Below, piece by piece: positions 24,400 to 38,300 of a stretch of 64,000 nt of DNA (positions within the stretch are counted from its first letter, which is position 1; every line of letters starts with the position of its first letter). The stretch lies in NCBI GenBank assembly GCA_964016885.1, contig OZ024740.1, positions 215,016,001 to 215,080,000 of the forward strand. The letters are read 5' to 3'. The position numbers and the translations under genes are program-made. The notes under the pieces were generated by a model. That model made no database searches, had not been told where the DNA came from, and saw only the letters and a list, made by a program, of their open reading frames with translations. The stretch is from Eledone cirrhosa (taxonomy: Eukaryota).

Positions 24400-24773
24400 A
24401 TATGCAGACTAGAGAAATGAAGCAACCATGTTTTGTTGGATGAGAAAGGCAGAGCTTGGATGAACTGAGGGAGAAACTGGGTTTAAGGAGAATCTGAGAT
24501 GGTGTGCAGGAGAGAAGTCTGTGTTGGTTTGCAACATATGTTGTGCATGGACAATGACCAATGGGTGAAGAAATGCCAGGAAATCCCAGTGGAGGGAAAC
24601 TGCAGTAGAGGACAACCAAAAAGGACCTGGGCAGAGGTTGTGAGAGCGGAACTTAAATTGCTAAGACTAGATGAAGAGATGATGAAGGAATTCAACAAGT
24701 GGAGAGATGCTGTGCTGAAAAGGACCTGTCCAACCCATGCAAGCATGAAAAAGCAGACATAGACCGATGATGA

Positions 24774-24778
<5 letters not shown>
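24400..24778 (+). mobile_element. RTE-clade LINE family 2, 3' fragment with (GAT)n tail
   Basis: ...WVKKCQEIPVEGNCSRGQPKRTWAEVVRAELK...WRDAV; the tail acccatgcaagcatgaaaaagcagacatagaccgatgatgat resembles the family C tail. Confidence 0.8.
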
Positions 24779-24818
<40 letters not shown>

Positions 24819-24994
24819 TTCATGTGCGATGCCTAACTTCTAAGATCTAATCCAATCTTACCTCTTCCCTACATCTATCTCTTCCTGGTACTTTTCTGTT
24901 CAGTTCCTGCCATTCAATCTCATTATACACTGAGTTAATCAAGTCATTAACAGAATACTGCTAACTACACTGGTTGATTGCCTGTTGAAGTGAC

Positions 24995-25180
24995 CACATA
25001 CACACACATATATACATACACACAAACATATACATGCAGACACACACATATACATTTACATACATACACATATACATACAGACACACATACACACATAGA
25101 CACACACAGATACACATACATACACATACATTTGTACCACATACGCACATACATATACACATAACATACACATACACAGC
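24995..25180. repeat. Imperfect (CA/TACA)n microsatellite
   Basis: Seen directly. Confidence 0.9.
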
Positions 25181-25499
25181 ATCACTAACTTAAATTATGT
25201 CTAAAATATGACTAAACTGAAAATCAATGCAGCAAAGATAAAGACTTGTCAATTATTCTTATGAATACAGAAGAGAGTTTCACTTGGAATTAAATGGATT
25301 GCCATCTCTCTCTCTCACCTCTATATATTGCCATTAGAGAAGTTGAACATCTCTCCCTCTCTCTCTCTCATAATGATATCTATAGAACTAATGAAACCAA
25401 TCATCAAATCAGCCTCACAGGAAGAGTATTTTTGAAACTTCAGCAATGTCAAAGTGCATCATACTCTGACTAAGACCTTTGTTCAGGATAGAATAATCC

Positions 25500-25856
25500 C
25501 TTCTTCTTCTTCTTCACTCACTTATTCCTGAGAGGGTCGTGGGGGAAGAGTCCTCAAACACTCCTTCTAGTGAGTCATATCAGAAGTAACCATCTCCAAT
25601 TGATCTGGCTGGATCCTTAAGCGAGCCCAGCCAAGCTCATGGATGTTATCCAGCCATCTTACTCAGGGTCTACCCCTGGGTCTCCTGCCCATTGGTTTTG
25701 TCCCTAAAATTTATCCAGCAATTCTTTCATGAAACATTCTAACCACATGTCTGTAATATCTGAGCTGTGATCTCTCAATTCAGAAAAGTAGCAGCTCTAC
25801 CTGGAGTGACTCGCTGATCTCTGAGCTATACACTCTATTGAGTAACGTTACTCCAA
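25500..25856 (-). mobile_element. RTE-clade LINE family 1, 3' fragment with (GAA)n tail
   Basis: Reverse-complement match to 20230-20575; cttcttcttcttcttc tail at 25500. Confidence 0.85.
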
Positions 25857-26024
25857 ATTGATGCAGTTCTTTTGCCAGTGCAATCGGCTAAATTTGTGCT
25901 ATAATACAAATATGGAAAAGATATATATTTTATTGGGAAAGGAATGAATCAGTCTAGTATTACACCACGATAGAATAAAGTACCTACTAAACAAATAAAA
26001 GGCTAAATATGTTCTCATATTTAC

Positions 26025-26175
26025 AATCTGAGTTCAAATTTTGCTGAGATTAACTTTGCCTTTCATCCTTACAGGGTCAATAAAATAAAGTACCAGTAAT
26101 GCACTGGGATTGATTTAATCAACTTTACCCCTTCCCCAAAATTGTTGGCCTTGTGTCTAAATCAGAAACCAATAT
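26025..26175 (+). mobile_element. SINE family A copy (long form, 5'-truncated)
   Basis: Core plus the extra segment gattgatttaatcaactttaccccttccccaaaa. Confidence 0.82.
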
Positions 26176-26355
26176 TTACATCAATACCATGTCAGATATA
26201 TAGAAAAATATCATTTGCAGATATAATTATGTTTTTCAAGAAAATATTACTAATACAATATTACTTAAAGTAATTATAAGTGATTTAGGTGTGTATAATC
26301 TTATATACAATGTTGACTTAAAGGGAAGTACTAAGTGCAAAGGTACTGAGATATA

Positions 26356-29300
26356 AAAGTAGGCAATGTAAGGTAGATGAAAGTAGGCAATGTAAGGTAG
26401 ATGAAAGTAGGCAATGTAAGGTAGATGAAAGTAGGCAATGTAAGGTAGATGAAAGTAGGCAATGTAAGGTAGATGAAAGTAGGCAATGTAAGGTAGATGA
26501 AAGTAGGCAATGTAAGGTAGATGAAAGTAGACAATGTAAGGTAGATGAAAGTAGGCAATGTAAGGTAGATGAAAGTAGGCAATGTAAGGTAGATGAAAGT
26601 AGGGAATGTAAGGTAGATGAAAGTAGACAATGTAAGGTAGATGAAAGTAGGCAATGTAAGGTAGATGAAAGTAGGCAATGTAAGGTAGATGAAAGTAGGC
26701 AATATAAGGTAGATGAAAGTAGGCAATGTAAGGTAGATGAAAGTAGGCAATGTAAGGTAGATGAAAATAGGCAATGTAAAGTAGATGAAAGTAGGCCAGG
26801 TAAGGTAGATGAAAATAGGCAATGTAAGGTAGATGAAAATAGGCAATGTCAGGTAGATGAAAGTAGGCAATGTAAGGTAGATGAAAATAGACAATGTAAA
26901 GTAGATGAAAGTAGGTAATGTAAGGTAGATGAAAGTAGGCAATGTAAGGTAGATGAAAGTAGGCAATGTATGGTAGATGAAAGTAGGCAATGTATGGTAG
27001 ATGAAAGTAGCGAATGTAAGGTAGATGAAAGTAGGTAATGTAAGGTAGATGAAAGTAGGCAATGTAAGGTAGATGAAAGTAGGCAATGTAAGGTAGATGA
27101 AATTAGGCAATGTAAAGTAGATGAAAGTAGGCAATGTAAGGTAAATGAAAGTAGACAATGTAAGGTAGATGAAAGTAGACAATGTCAGGTAGATGAAAGT
27201 AGGCAATGTAAGGTAGATGAAAGTAGGGAATGTAAGGTAGATGAAAGTAGACAATGTAAGGTAGATGAAAGTAGGCAATGTAAGGTAGATGAAAGTAGGC
27301 AATGTAAGGTAGATGAAGATAGGCAATGTCTGGTAGATGAAAGTAGGCAATGTAAGGTAGATGAAAGTAGGCAATGTAAGGTAGATGAAAGTAGGCAATG
27401 TAAGGTAGATGAAAGTAGGGAATGTAAGGTAGATGAAAGTAGGTAATGTAAGGTAGATGAAAGTAGGCAATGTAAGGTAGATGAAAATAGACAATGTAAG
27501 GTAGATGAAAGTAGACGATGTAAGGTAGATGAAAGTAGGCAATGTAAGGTAGATGAAAGTAGGCAATGTAAGGTAGATGTTAGTAGGCAATGTAAGGTAG
27601 ATGAAAGTAGGCAATGTAAGGTAGATGAAAGTAGGCAATGTAAGGTAGATGAAAGTAGGTAATGTAAGGTAGATGAAAGTAGGCAATGTAAGGTAGATGA
27701 AAATAGACAATGTAAGGTAGATGAAAGTAGACGATGTAAGGTAGATGAAAGTAGGCAATGTAAGGTAGATGAAAGTAGGCAATGTAAGGTAGATGTTAGT
27801 AGGCAATGTAAGGTAGATGAAAGTAGGCAATGTAAGGTAGATGAAAGTAGGCAATGTAAGGTAGATGAAGATAGGCAATGTCTGGTAGATGAAAGTAGGC
27901 AATGTAAGGTAGATGAAAGTAGGTAATGTCAGGTAGATGAAAGTAGGCAATGTAAGGTAGATGAAAGTAGGCAATGTAAGGTAGATGAAAGTAGGCAATG
28001 TAAGGTAGATGAAAGTAGGCAATGTAAGGTAGATGAAAGTAGGGAATGTAAGGTAGATGAAAATAGGCAATGTAAGGTAGATGAAAGTAGGCAATGTAAG
28101 GTAGATGAAAGTAGGCAATGTAAGGTAGATGAAAGTATGCAATGTAAGGTAGATGAAAGTAGGCAATGTAAGGTAGATGAAAGTATGCAATGTAAGGTAG
28201 ATGAAAGTAGGTAATGTAAGGTAGATGAAAGTAGGCAATGTAAGGTAGATGAAAGTAGGCAATGTAAGGTAGATGAAAATAGACAATGTAAGGTAGATGA
28301 AAGTAGGCAATGTAAGGTAGATGAAAGTATGCAATGTAAGGTAGATGAAAGTAGGCAATGTAAGGTAGATGAAAGTATGCAATGTAAGGTAGATGTTAGT
28401 AGGCAATGTAAGGTAGATGAAAGTAGGCAATGTAAGGTAGATGAAAGTAGGCAATGTTAGGTAGATGAAAGTAGGCAATGTAAGGTAGATGAAAGTAGGC
28501 AATGTAAGGTAGATGAAAATAGACAATGTAAGGTAGATGAAAGTAGGCAATGTAAGGTAGATGAAAGTATGCAATGTAAGGTAGATGAAAGTAGACAATG
28601 TAAGGTAGATGAAAGTAGGCAATGTAAGGTAGATGAAAGTAGGTAATGTAAGGTAGATGAAAGTAGGCAATGTAAGGTAGATGAAAGTATGCAATGTAAG
28701 GTAGATGAAAGTAGGCAATGTAAGGTAGATGAAAATAGACAATGTAAGGTAGATGAAAGTAGGCAATGTAAGGTAGATGAAAGTATGCAATGTAAGGTAG
28801 ATGAAAGTAGGCAATGTAAGGTAGATGAAAGTATGCAATGTAAGGTAGATGAAAGTAGGTAATGTAAGGTAGATGAAAGTAGGCAATGTAAGGTAGATGA
28901 AAGTAGGCAATGTAAGGTAGATGAAAATAGACAATGTAAGGTAGATGAAAGTAGGCAATGTAAGGTAGATGAAAGTAGGCAATGTAAGGTAGATGAAAAT
29001 AGACAATGTAAGGTAGATGAAAGTAGGCAATGTAAGGTAGATGAAAGTAGGCAATGTAAGGTAGATGAAAGTAGGCAATGTAAGGTAGATGAAAGTAGGC
29101 AATGTAAGGTAGATGTTAGTAGGCAATGTAAGGTAGATGAAAGTAGGCAATGTAAGGTAGATGAAAGTAGGCAATGTTAGGTAGATGAAAGTAGGCAATG
29201 TAAGGTAGATGAAAGTAGGCAATGTAAGGTAGATGAAAGTAGGCAATGTAAGGTAGATGAAAGTAGGTAATGTAAGGTAGATGAAAGTATGCAATGTAAG

Positions 29301-32300
29301 GTAGATGAAAGTAGGCAATGTAAGGTAGATGAAAGTATGCAATGTAAGGTAGATGAAAGTAGGCAATGTAAGGTAGATGAAAATAGACAATGTAAGGTAG
29401 ATGAAAGTAGGCAATGTAAGGTAAATGAAAGTAGGCAATGTAAGGTAGATGAAAATAGACAATGTAAGGTAGATGAAAGTAGGCAATGTAAGGTAGATGA
29501 AAGTAGGCAATGTAAGGTAGATGAAAATAGACAATGTAAGGTAGATGAAAGTAGGCAATGTAAGGTAAATGAAAGTAGGCAATGTAAGGTAGATGAAAAT
29601 AGACAATGTAAGGTAGATGAAAGTAGGCAATGTAAGGTAGATGAAAGTATGCAATGTAAGGTAGATGAAAGTAGACAATGTAAGGTAGATGAAAGTAGGC
29701 AATGTAAGGTAGATGAAAGTAGGTAATGTAAGGTAGATGAAAGTAGGCAATGTAAGGTAGATGAAAGTATGCAATGTAAGGTAGATGAAAGTAGGTAATG
29801 TAAGGTAGATGAAAGTAGGCAATGTAAGGTAGATGAAAGTATGCAATGTAAGGTAGATGAAAGTAGGTAATGTAAGGTAGATGAAAGTATGCAATGTAAG
29901 GTAGATGAAAGTAGGCAATGTAAGGTAGATGAAAGTATGCAATGTAAGGTAGATGAAAGTAGGTAATGTAAGGTAGATGAAAGTAGGCAATGTAAGGTAG
30001 ATGAAAGTAGGCAATGTAAGGTAGATGAAAGTAGGCAATGTAAGGTAGATGAAAGTATGCAATGTAAGGTAGATGAAAGTAGGCAATGTTAGGTAGATGA
30101 AAGTAGGCAATGTAAGGTAGATGAAAGTAGGCAATGTAAGGTAGATGAAAATAGACAATGTAAGGTAGATGAAAGTAGGCAATGTAAGGTAGATGAAAGT
30201 ATGCAATGTAAGGTAGATGAAAGTAGACAATGTAAGGTAGATGAAAGTAGGCAATGTAAGGTAGATGAAAGTAGGCAATGTAAGGTAGATGAAAGTAGGC
30301 AATGTTAGGTAGATGAAAGTAGGCAATGTAAGGTAGATGAAAATAGACAATGTAAGGTAGATGAAAGTAGGCAATGTAAGGTAGATGAAAATAGACAATG
30401 TAAGGTAGATGAAAGTAGGCAATGTAAGGTAGATGAAAATAGACAATGTAAGGTAAATGAAAATAGACAATGTAAGGTAGATGAAAGTAGGCAATGTAAG
30501 GTAGATGAAAATAGACAATGTAAGGTAGATGAAAGTAGGCAATGTAAGGTAGATGAAAATAGACAATGTAAGGTAAATGAAAATAGACAATGTAAGGTAG
30601 ATGAAAGTAGGCAATGTAAGGTAGATGAAAATAGACAATGTAAGGTAGATGAAAGTAGGGAATGTAAAGTAGATGAAAGTAGGGAATGTAAAGTAGATGA
30701 AAGTAGGGAATGTAAGGTAGATGAAAGTAGGCAATGTAAGGTAGATGAAATAAGACAATGTAAGGTAGATGAAAATAGACAATGTTAGGTAGATGAAAGT
30801 AGGCAATGTAAGGTAGATGAAAGTAGGCAATGTAAGGTAGATGAAAGTAGGCAATGTTAGGTAGATGAAAGTAGGCAATGTAAGGTAGATGAAAATAGAC
30901 AATGTAAGGTAGATGAAATAAGACAATGTAAGGTAGATGAAAATAGACAATGTAAGGTAGATGAAAATAGACAATGTAAGGTAGATGAAAATAGACAATG
31001 TAAGGTAGATGAAAGTAGGGAATGTAAGGTAGATGAAAGTAGGCAATGTAAGGTAGATGAAAGTAGGCAATGTAAGGTAGATGAAAGTAGGCAATGTAAG
31101 GTAGATGAAAGTAGGCAATGTAAGGTAGATGAAAGTAGGCAATGTAAAGTAGATGAAAGTAGGCAATGTAAGGTAGATGAAAGTAGGCAATGTAAGGTAG
31201 ATGAAAATAGACAATGTAAGGTAGATGAAAGTAGGCAATGTAAGGTAGATGAAAGTAGGCAATGTAAGGTAGATGAAAGTAGGCAATGTAAGGTAGATGA
31301 AAGTAGACAATGTAAGGTAGATGAAAGTAGACAATGTAAGGTAGATGAAAGTAGACAATGTAAGGTAGATGAAAGTAGACAATGTAAGGTAGATGAAAGT
31401 ATGCAATGTAAGGTAGATGAAAATAGACAATGTAAGGTAGATGAAATAAGACAATGTAAGGTAGATGAAAGTAGACAATGTAACGTAGATGAAAGTAGGC
31501 AATGTAAGGTAGATGAAAGTAGACAATGTAAGGTAGATGAAAGTAGACAATGTAAGGTAGATGAAAGTAGACAATGTAAGGTAGATGAAAGTAGGCAATG
31601 TAAGGTAGATGAAATAAGACAATGTAAGGTAGATGAAAGTAGACAATGTAACGTAGATGAAAGTAGGCAATGTAAGGTAGATGAAAGTAGGCAATGTAAG
31701 GTAGATGAAAGTAGGCAATGTAAGGTAGATGAAAGTAGGCAATGTAAGGTAGATGAAAGTAGGCAATGTAAGGTAGATGAAAGTAGGCAATGTAAGGTAG
31801 ATGAAAGTAGGCAATGTAAGGTAGATGAAAGTAGACAATGTAAGGTAGATGAAAGTAGACAATGTAAGGTAGATGTTAGTAGACAATGTAAGGTAGATGA
31901 AAGTATGCAATGTAAGGTAGATGAACATAGACAATGTAAGGTAGATGAAAGTAGGCAATGTAAGGTAGATGAAAGTAGACAATGTAAGGTAGATGAAAGT
32001 ATGCAATGTAAGGTACATGAAAGTAGGCAATGTAAGGTAGATGAAAGTAGGCAATGTCAGGTAGATGAAAGTAGGCAATGTCAGGTAGATGAACATAGAC
32101 AATGTAAGGTAGATGAAAGTAGGCAATGTAAGGTAGATGAAAGTAGACAATGTAAGGTAGATGAAAGTAGGCAATGTAAGGTAGATGAAAGTAGACAATG
32201 TAAGGTAGATGAAAGTAGACAATGTAAGGTAGATGAAAGTATGCAATGTAAGGTAGATGAAAATAGACAATGTAAGGTAGATGAAAATAGACAATGTAAG

Positions 32301-35300
32301 GTAGATGAAAGTATGCAATGTAAGGTAGATGAAAATAGACAATGTAAGGTAGATGAAAATAGACAATGTAAGGTAGATGAAAGTAGACAATGTAAGGTAG
32401 ATGAAAGTAGGCAATGTAAGGTAGATGAAAGTAGGCAATGTAAGGTAGATGAAAGTAGGCAATGTAAGGTAGATGAAAGTAGGCAATGTAAGGTAGATGA
32501 AAGTAGGCAATGTAAGGTAGATGAAAGTAGGCAATGTAAGGTAGATGAAAGTAGGCAATGTAAGGTAGATGAAAGTAGGCAATGTAAGGTAGATGAAAGT
32601 AGGCAATGTAAGGTAGATGAAAGTAGGCAATGTAAGGTAGATGAAAGTAGGCAATGTAAGGTAGATGAAAGTAGACAATGTAAGGTAGATGAAAGTAGAC
32701 AATGTAAGGTAGATGTTAGTAGACAATGTAAGGTAGATGAAAGTATGCAATGTAAGGTAGATGAACATAGACAATGTAAGGTAGATGAAAGTAGGCAATG
32801 TAAGGTAGATGAAAGTAGACAATGTAAGGTAGATGAAAGTATGCAATGTAAGGTACATGAAAGTAGGCAATGTAAGGTAGATGAAAGTAGGCAATGTCAG
32901 GTAGATGAAAGTAGGCAATGTCAGGTAGATGAACATAGACAATGTAAGGTAGATGAAAGTAGGCAATGTAAGGTAGATGAAAGTAGACAATGTAAGGTAG
33001 ATGAAAGTAGGCAATGTAAGGTAGATGAAAGTAGACAATGTAAGGTAGATGAAAGTAGACAATGTAAGGTAGATGAAAGTATGCAATGTAAGGTAGATGA
33101 AAATAGACAATGTAAGGTAGATGAAAATAGACAATGTAAGGTAGATGAAAGTATGCAATGTAAGGTAGATGAAAATAGACAATGTAAGGTAGATGAAAAT
33201 AGACAATGTAAGGTAGATGAAAGTAGACAATGTAAGGTAGATGAAAGTAGGCAATGTAAGGTAGATGAAAGTAGGCAATGTAAGGTAGATGAAAGTAGGC
33301 AATGTAAGGTAGATGAAAGTAGGCAATGTAAGGTAGATGAAAGTAGGCAATGTAAGGTAGATGAAAGTAGGCAATGTAAGGTAGATGAAAGTAGGCAATG
33401 TAAGGTAGATGAAAGTAGGCAATGTAAGGTAGATGAAAGTAGGCAATGTAAGGTAGATGAAAATAGACAATGTAAGGTAGATGAAAGTAGGTAATGTAAG
33501 GTAGATGAAAGTAGGGAATGTAAGGTAGATGAAAATAGACAATGTAAGGTAGATGAAAATAGACAATGTAAGGTAGATGAAAGTAGGCAATGTAAGGTAG
33601 ATGAAAGTAGGCAATGTAAGGTAGATGAAAGTAGGCAATGTAAGGTAGATGAAAGTAGGTAATGTAAGGTAGATGAAAGTATGCAATGTAAGGTAGATGA
33701 AAATAGACAATGTAAGGTAGATGAAAGTAGGTAATGTAAGGTAGATGAAAATAGACAATGTAAGGTAGATGAAAGTAGGCAATGTAAGGTAGATGAAAGT
33801 AGGCAATGTAAGGTAGATGAAAGTAGGCAATGTAAGGTAGATGAAAGTAGGCAATGTAAGGTAGATGAAAGTAGGGAATGTAAGGTAGATGAAAATAGAC
33901 AATGTAAGGTAGATGAAAATAGACAATGTAAGGTAGATGAAAGTAGACAATGTAAGGTAGATGAAAGTAGGCAATGTAAGGTAGATGAAAGTAGGCAATG
34001 TAAGGTAGATGAAAGTAGGCAATGTAAGGTAGATGAAAGTAGGCAATGTAAGGTAGATGAAAGTAGACAATGTAAGGTAGATGAAAGTATGCAATGTAAG
34101 GTAGATGAAAATAGACAATGTAAGGTAGATGAAAGTAGGCAATGTAAGGTAGATGAAAGTAGACAATGTAAGGTAGATGAAAGTAGACAATGTAAGGTAG
34201 ATGAAAGTATGCAATGTAAGGTAGATGAAAATAGACAATGTAAGGTAGATGAAAATAGACAATGTAAGGTAGATGAAAGTAGGCAATGTAAAGTAGATGA
34301 AAGTAGGCAATGTAAGGTAGATGAAAGTAGACAATGTAAGGTAGATGAAAGTAGGCAACGTAAGGTAGATGAAAGTAGACAATGTAAGGTAGATGAAAGT
34401 AGGCAATGTAAGGTAGATGAAAGTAGGGAATGTAAGGTAGATGAAAGTAGGCAATGTAAGGTAGATGAAAGTAGGCAACGTAAGGTAGATGAAAGTAGGC
34501 AATGTAAGGTAGATGAAAGTAGGCAATGTAAGGTAGATGAAAGTAGGCAACGTAAGGTAGATGAAAGTAGGCAATGTAAGGTAGATGAAAGTAGGCAATG
34601 TAAGGTAGATGAAAGTAGACAATGTAAGGTAGATGAAAGTAGGCAATGTAAGGTAGATGAAAGTAGGGAATGTAAGGTACATGAAAGTAGGCAATGTAAG
34701 GTAGATGAAAGTAGGGAATGTAAGGTACATGAAAGTAGGCAATGTAAGGTAGATGAAAATAGACAATGTAAGGTAGATGAAAGTAGGCAATGTAAGGTAG
34801 ATGAAAGTAGGCAATGTAAGGTAGATGAAAGTAGGTAATGTTAGGTAGATGAAAGTAGGCAATGTAAGGTAGATGAAAGTAGGCAATGTTAGGTAGATGA
34901 AAGTAGGGAATGTAAGGTAGATGAAAGTAGGTAATGTAAGGTAGATGAAAGTAGGGAATGTAAGGTAGATGAAAGTAGGCAATGTAAGGTAGATGAAAGT
35001 AGGCAATGTAAGGTAGATGAAAGTAGGCAATGTAAGGTAGATGAAAGTAGGCAATGTAAGGTAGATGAAAGTAGGTAATGTTAGGTAGATGAAAGTAGGG
35101 AATGTAAGGTAGATGAAAGTAGGCAATGTAAGGTAGATGAAAGTAGGCAATGTAAGGTAGATGAAAGTAGGCAATGTTAGGTAGATGAAAGTAGGGAATG
35201 TAAGGTAGATGAAAGTAGGTAATGTAAGGTAGATGAAAGTAGGGAATGTAAGGTAGATGAAAGTAGGCAATGTAAGGTAGATGAAAGTAGGCAATGTAAG

Positions 35301-38300
35301 GTAGATGAAAGTAGGCAATGTAAGGTAGATGAAAGTAGGCAATGTAAGGTAGATGAAAGTAGGCAATGTAAGGTAGATGAAAGTAGGCAATGTCAGGTAG
35401 ATGAAAGTAGGCAATGTAAGGTAGATGAAAGTAGGCAATGTAAGGTAGATGAAAGTAGGGAATGTAAGGTAGATGAAAGTAGGTAATGTAAGGTAGATGA
35501 AAGTAGGGAATGTAAGGTAGATGAAAGTAGGCAATGTAAGGTAGATGAAAGTAGGCAATGTAAGGTAGATGAAAGTAGGCAATGTAAGGTAGATGAAAGT
35601 AGGCAATGTCAGGTAGATGAAAGTAGGCAATGTAAGGTAGATGAAAGTAGGGAATGTAAGGTAGATGAAAGTAGGGAATGTAAGGTACATGAAAGTAGGC
35701 AATGTTAGGTAGATGAAAGTAGGCAATGTAAGGTAGATGAAAGTAGGGAATGTAAGGTAGATGAAAGTAGGCAATGTAAGGTAGATGAAAGTAGGCAATG
35801 TAAGGTAGATGAAAGTAGGCAATGTAAGGTAGATGAAAGTAGGTAATGTAAGGTAGATGAAAGTAGGGAATGTAAGGTAGATGAAAGTAGACAATGTAAG
35901 GTAGATGAAAGTAGGCAATGTAAGGTAGATGAAAGTAGGGAATGTAAGGTAGATGAAAGTAGGCAATGTTAGGTAGATGAAAGTAGGCAATGTAAGGTAG
36001 ATGAAAGTAGGGAATGTAAGGTAGATGAAAGTAGGGAATGTAAGGTACATGAAAGTAGGCAATGTTAGGTAGATGAAAGTAGGCAATGTAAGGTAGATGA
36101 AAGTAGGGAATGTAAGGTAGATGAAAGTAGGGAATGTAAGGTACATGAAAGTAGGGAATGTAAGGTAGATGAAAGTAGGCAATGTTAGGTAGATGAAAGT
36201 ATGCAATGTAAGGTAGATGAAAGTAGGCAATGTAAGGTAGATGAAAGTAGGCAATGTAAGGTAGATGAAAGTAGACAATGTAAGGTAGATGAAAGTAGGC
36301 AATGTAAGGTAGATGAAAGTATGCAATGTAAGGTAGATGAAAGTAGACAATGTAAGGTAGATGAAAGTAGACAATGTAAGGTAGATGAAAGTAGGCAATG
36401 TAAGGTAAATGAAAGTAGGCAATGTAAGGTAGATGAAAGTAGGGAATGTAAGGTACATGAAAGTAGGCAACGTAAGGTAGATGAAAGTAGGCAATGTTAG
36501 GTAGATGAAAGTAGGCAATGTAAGGTAGATGAAAGTAGGCAATGTAAGGTAGATGAAAGTAGGTAATGTAAGGTAGATGAAAGTAGGCAATGTAAGGTAG
36601 ATGAAAGTAGGCAATGTAAGGTAGATGAAAGTAGGCAATGTAAGGTAGATGAAAGTAGACAATGTAAGGTAGATGAAAGTAGGCAATGTAAGGTAGATGA
36701 AAGTAGGCAATGTAAGGTAGATGAAAGTAGACAATGTAAGGTAGATGAAAGTAGACAATGTAAGGTAGATGAAAGTAGACAATGTAAGGTAGATGAAAGT
36801 AGGCAATGTAAGGTAGATGAAAGTAGGCAATGTAAGGTAGATGAAAGTAGGCAATGTAAGGTAGATGAAAGTAGGGAATGTAAGGTAGATGAAAGTAGGC
36901 AATGTAAGGTAGATGAAAGTAGACAATGTAAGGTAGATGAAAGTAGGCAATGTAAGGTAGATGAAAGTAGACAATGTAAGGTAGATGAAAGTAGGGAATG
37001 TAAGGTAGATGAAAGTAGGCAATGTAAGGTAGATGAAAGTAGACAATGTAAGGTAGATGAAAGTAGACAATGTAAGGTAGATGAAAGTAGGCAATGTAAG
37101 GTAGATGAAAGTAGACAATGTAAGGTAGATGAAAGTAGACAATGTAAGGTAGATGAAAGTAGGCAATGTAAGGTAGATGAAAGTAGGCAATGTAAGGTAG
37201 ATGAAAGTAGGCAATGTAAGGTAGATGAAAGTAGGGAATGTAAGGTACATGAAAGTAGGCAATGTAAGGTAGATGAAAGTAGACAATGTAAGGTAGATGA
37301 AAGTAGGCAATGTAAGGTAGATGAAAGTATGCAATGTAAGGTAGATGAAAATAGACAATGTAAGGTAGATGAAAGTAGGCAATGTAAGGTAGATGAAAGT
37401 AGGCAATGTAAGGTAGATGAAAGTAGACAATGTAAGGTAGATGAAAGTAGGCAATGTAAGGTAGATGAAAGTATGCAATGTAAGGTAGATGAAAGTAGGC
37501 AATGTAAGGTAGATGAAAGTAGGCAATGTAAGGTAGATGAAAGTAGGGAATGTAAGGTACATGAAAGTAGGCAACGTAAGGTAGATGAAAGTAGGCAATG
37601 TTAGGTAGATGAAAGTAGGCAATGTAAGGTAGATGAAAGTAGGCAATGTAAGGTAGATGAAAGTAGGCAATGTAAGGTAGATGAAAGTAGGCAATGTAAG
37701 GTAGATGAAAGTAGACAATGTAAGGTAGATAAAAGTAGGCAATGTAAGGTAGATGAAAGTAGGCAATGTTAGGTAGATGAAAGTAGGCAATGTAAGGTAG
37801 ATGAAAATAGACAATGTAAGGTAGATGAAAGTAGGCAATGTAAGGTAGATGTTAGTAGGCAATGTAAGGTAGATGAAAGTAGGCAATGTAAGGTAGATGA
37901 AAGTATGCAATGTAAGGTAGATGAAAGTAGACAATGTAAGGTAGATGAAAGTAGGCAATGTTAGGTAGATGAAAGTAGGCAATGTAAGGTAGATGAAAGT
38001 AGGCAATGTAAGGTAGATGAAAGTAGGCAATGTAAGGTAGATGAAAGTAGGCAATGTAAGGTAGATGAAAGTAGACAATGTAAGGTAGATAAAAGTAGGC
38101 AATGTAAGGTAGATGAAAGTAGGCAATGTTAGGTAGATGAAAGTAGACAATGTAAGGTAGATGAAAGTAGGCAATGTAAGGTAGATGAAAATAGACAATG
38201 TAAGGTAGATGAAAGTAGGCAATGTAAGGTAGATGTTAGTAGGCAATGTAAGGTAGATGAAAGTAGGCAATGTAAGGTAGATGAAAGTATGCAATGTAAG

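Noticed and set aside
24861-24928. Possible minus-strand exon with strong donor gag|GTAAGA
   Set aside because: The acceptor is weak and the translation (YNEIEWQELNRKVPGRDRCREE) does not resemble the expected upstream RELCH exon.
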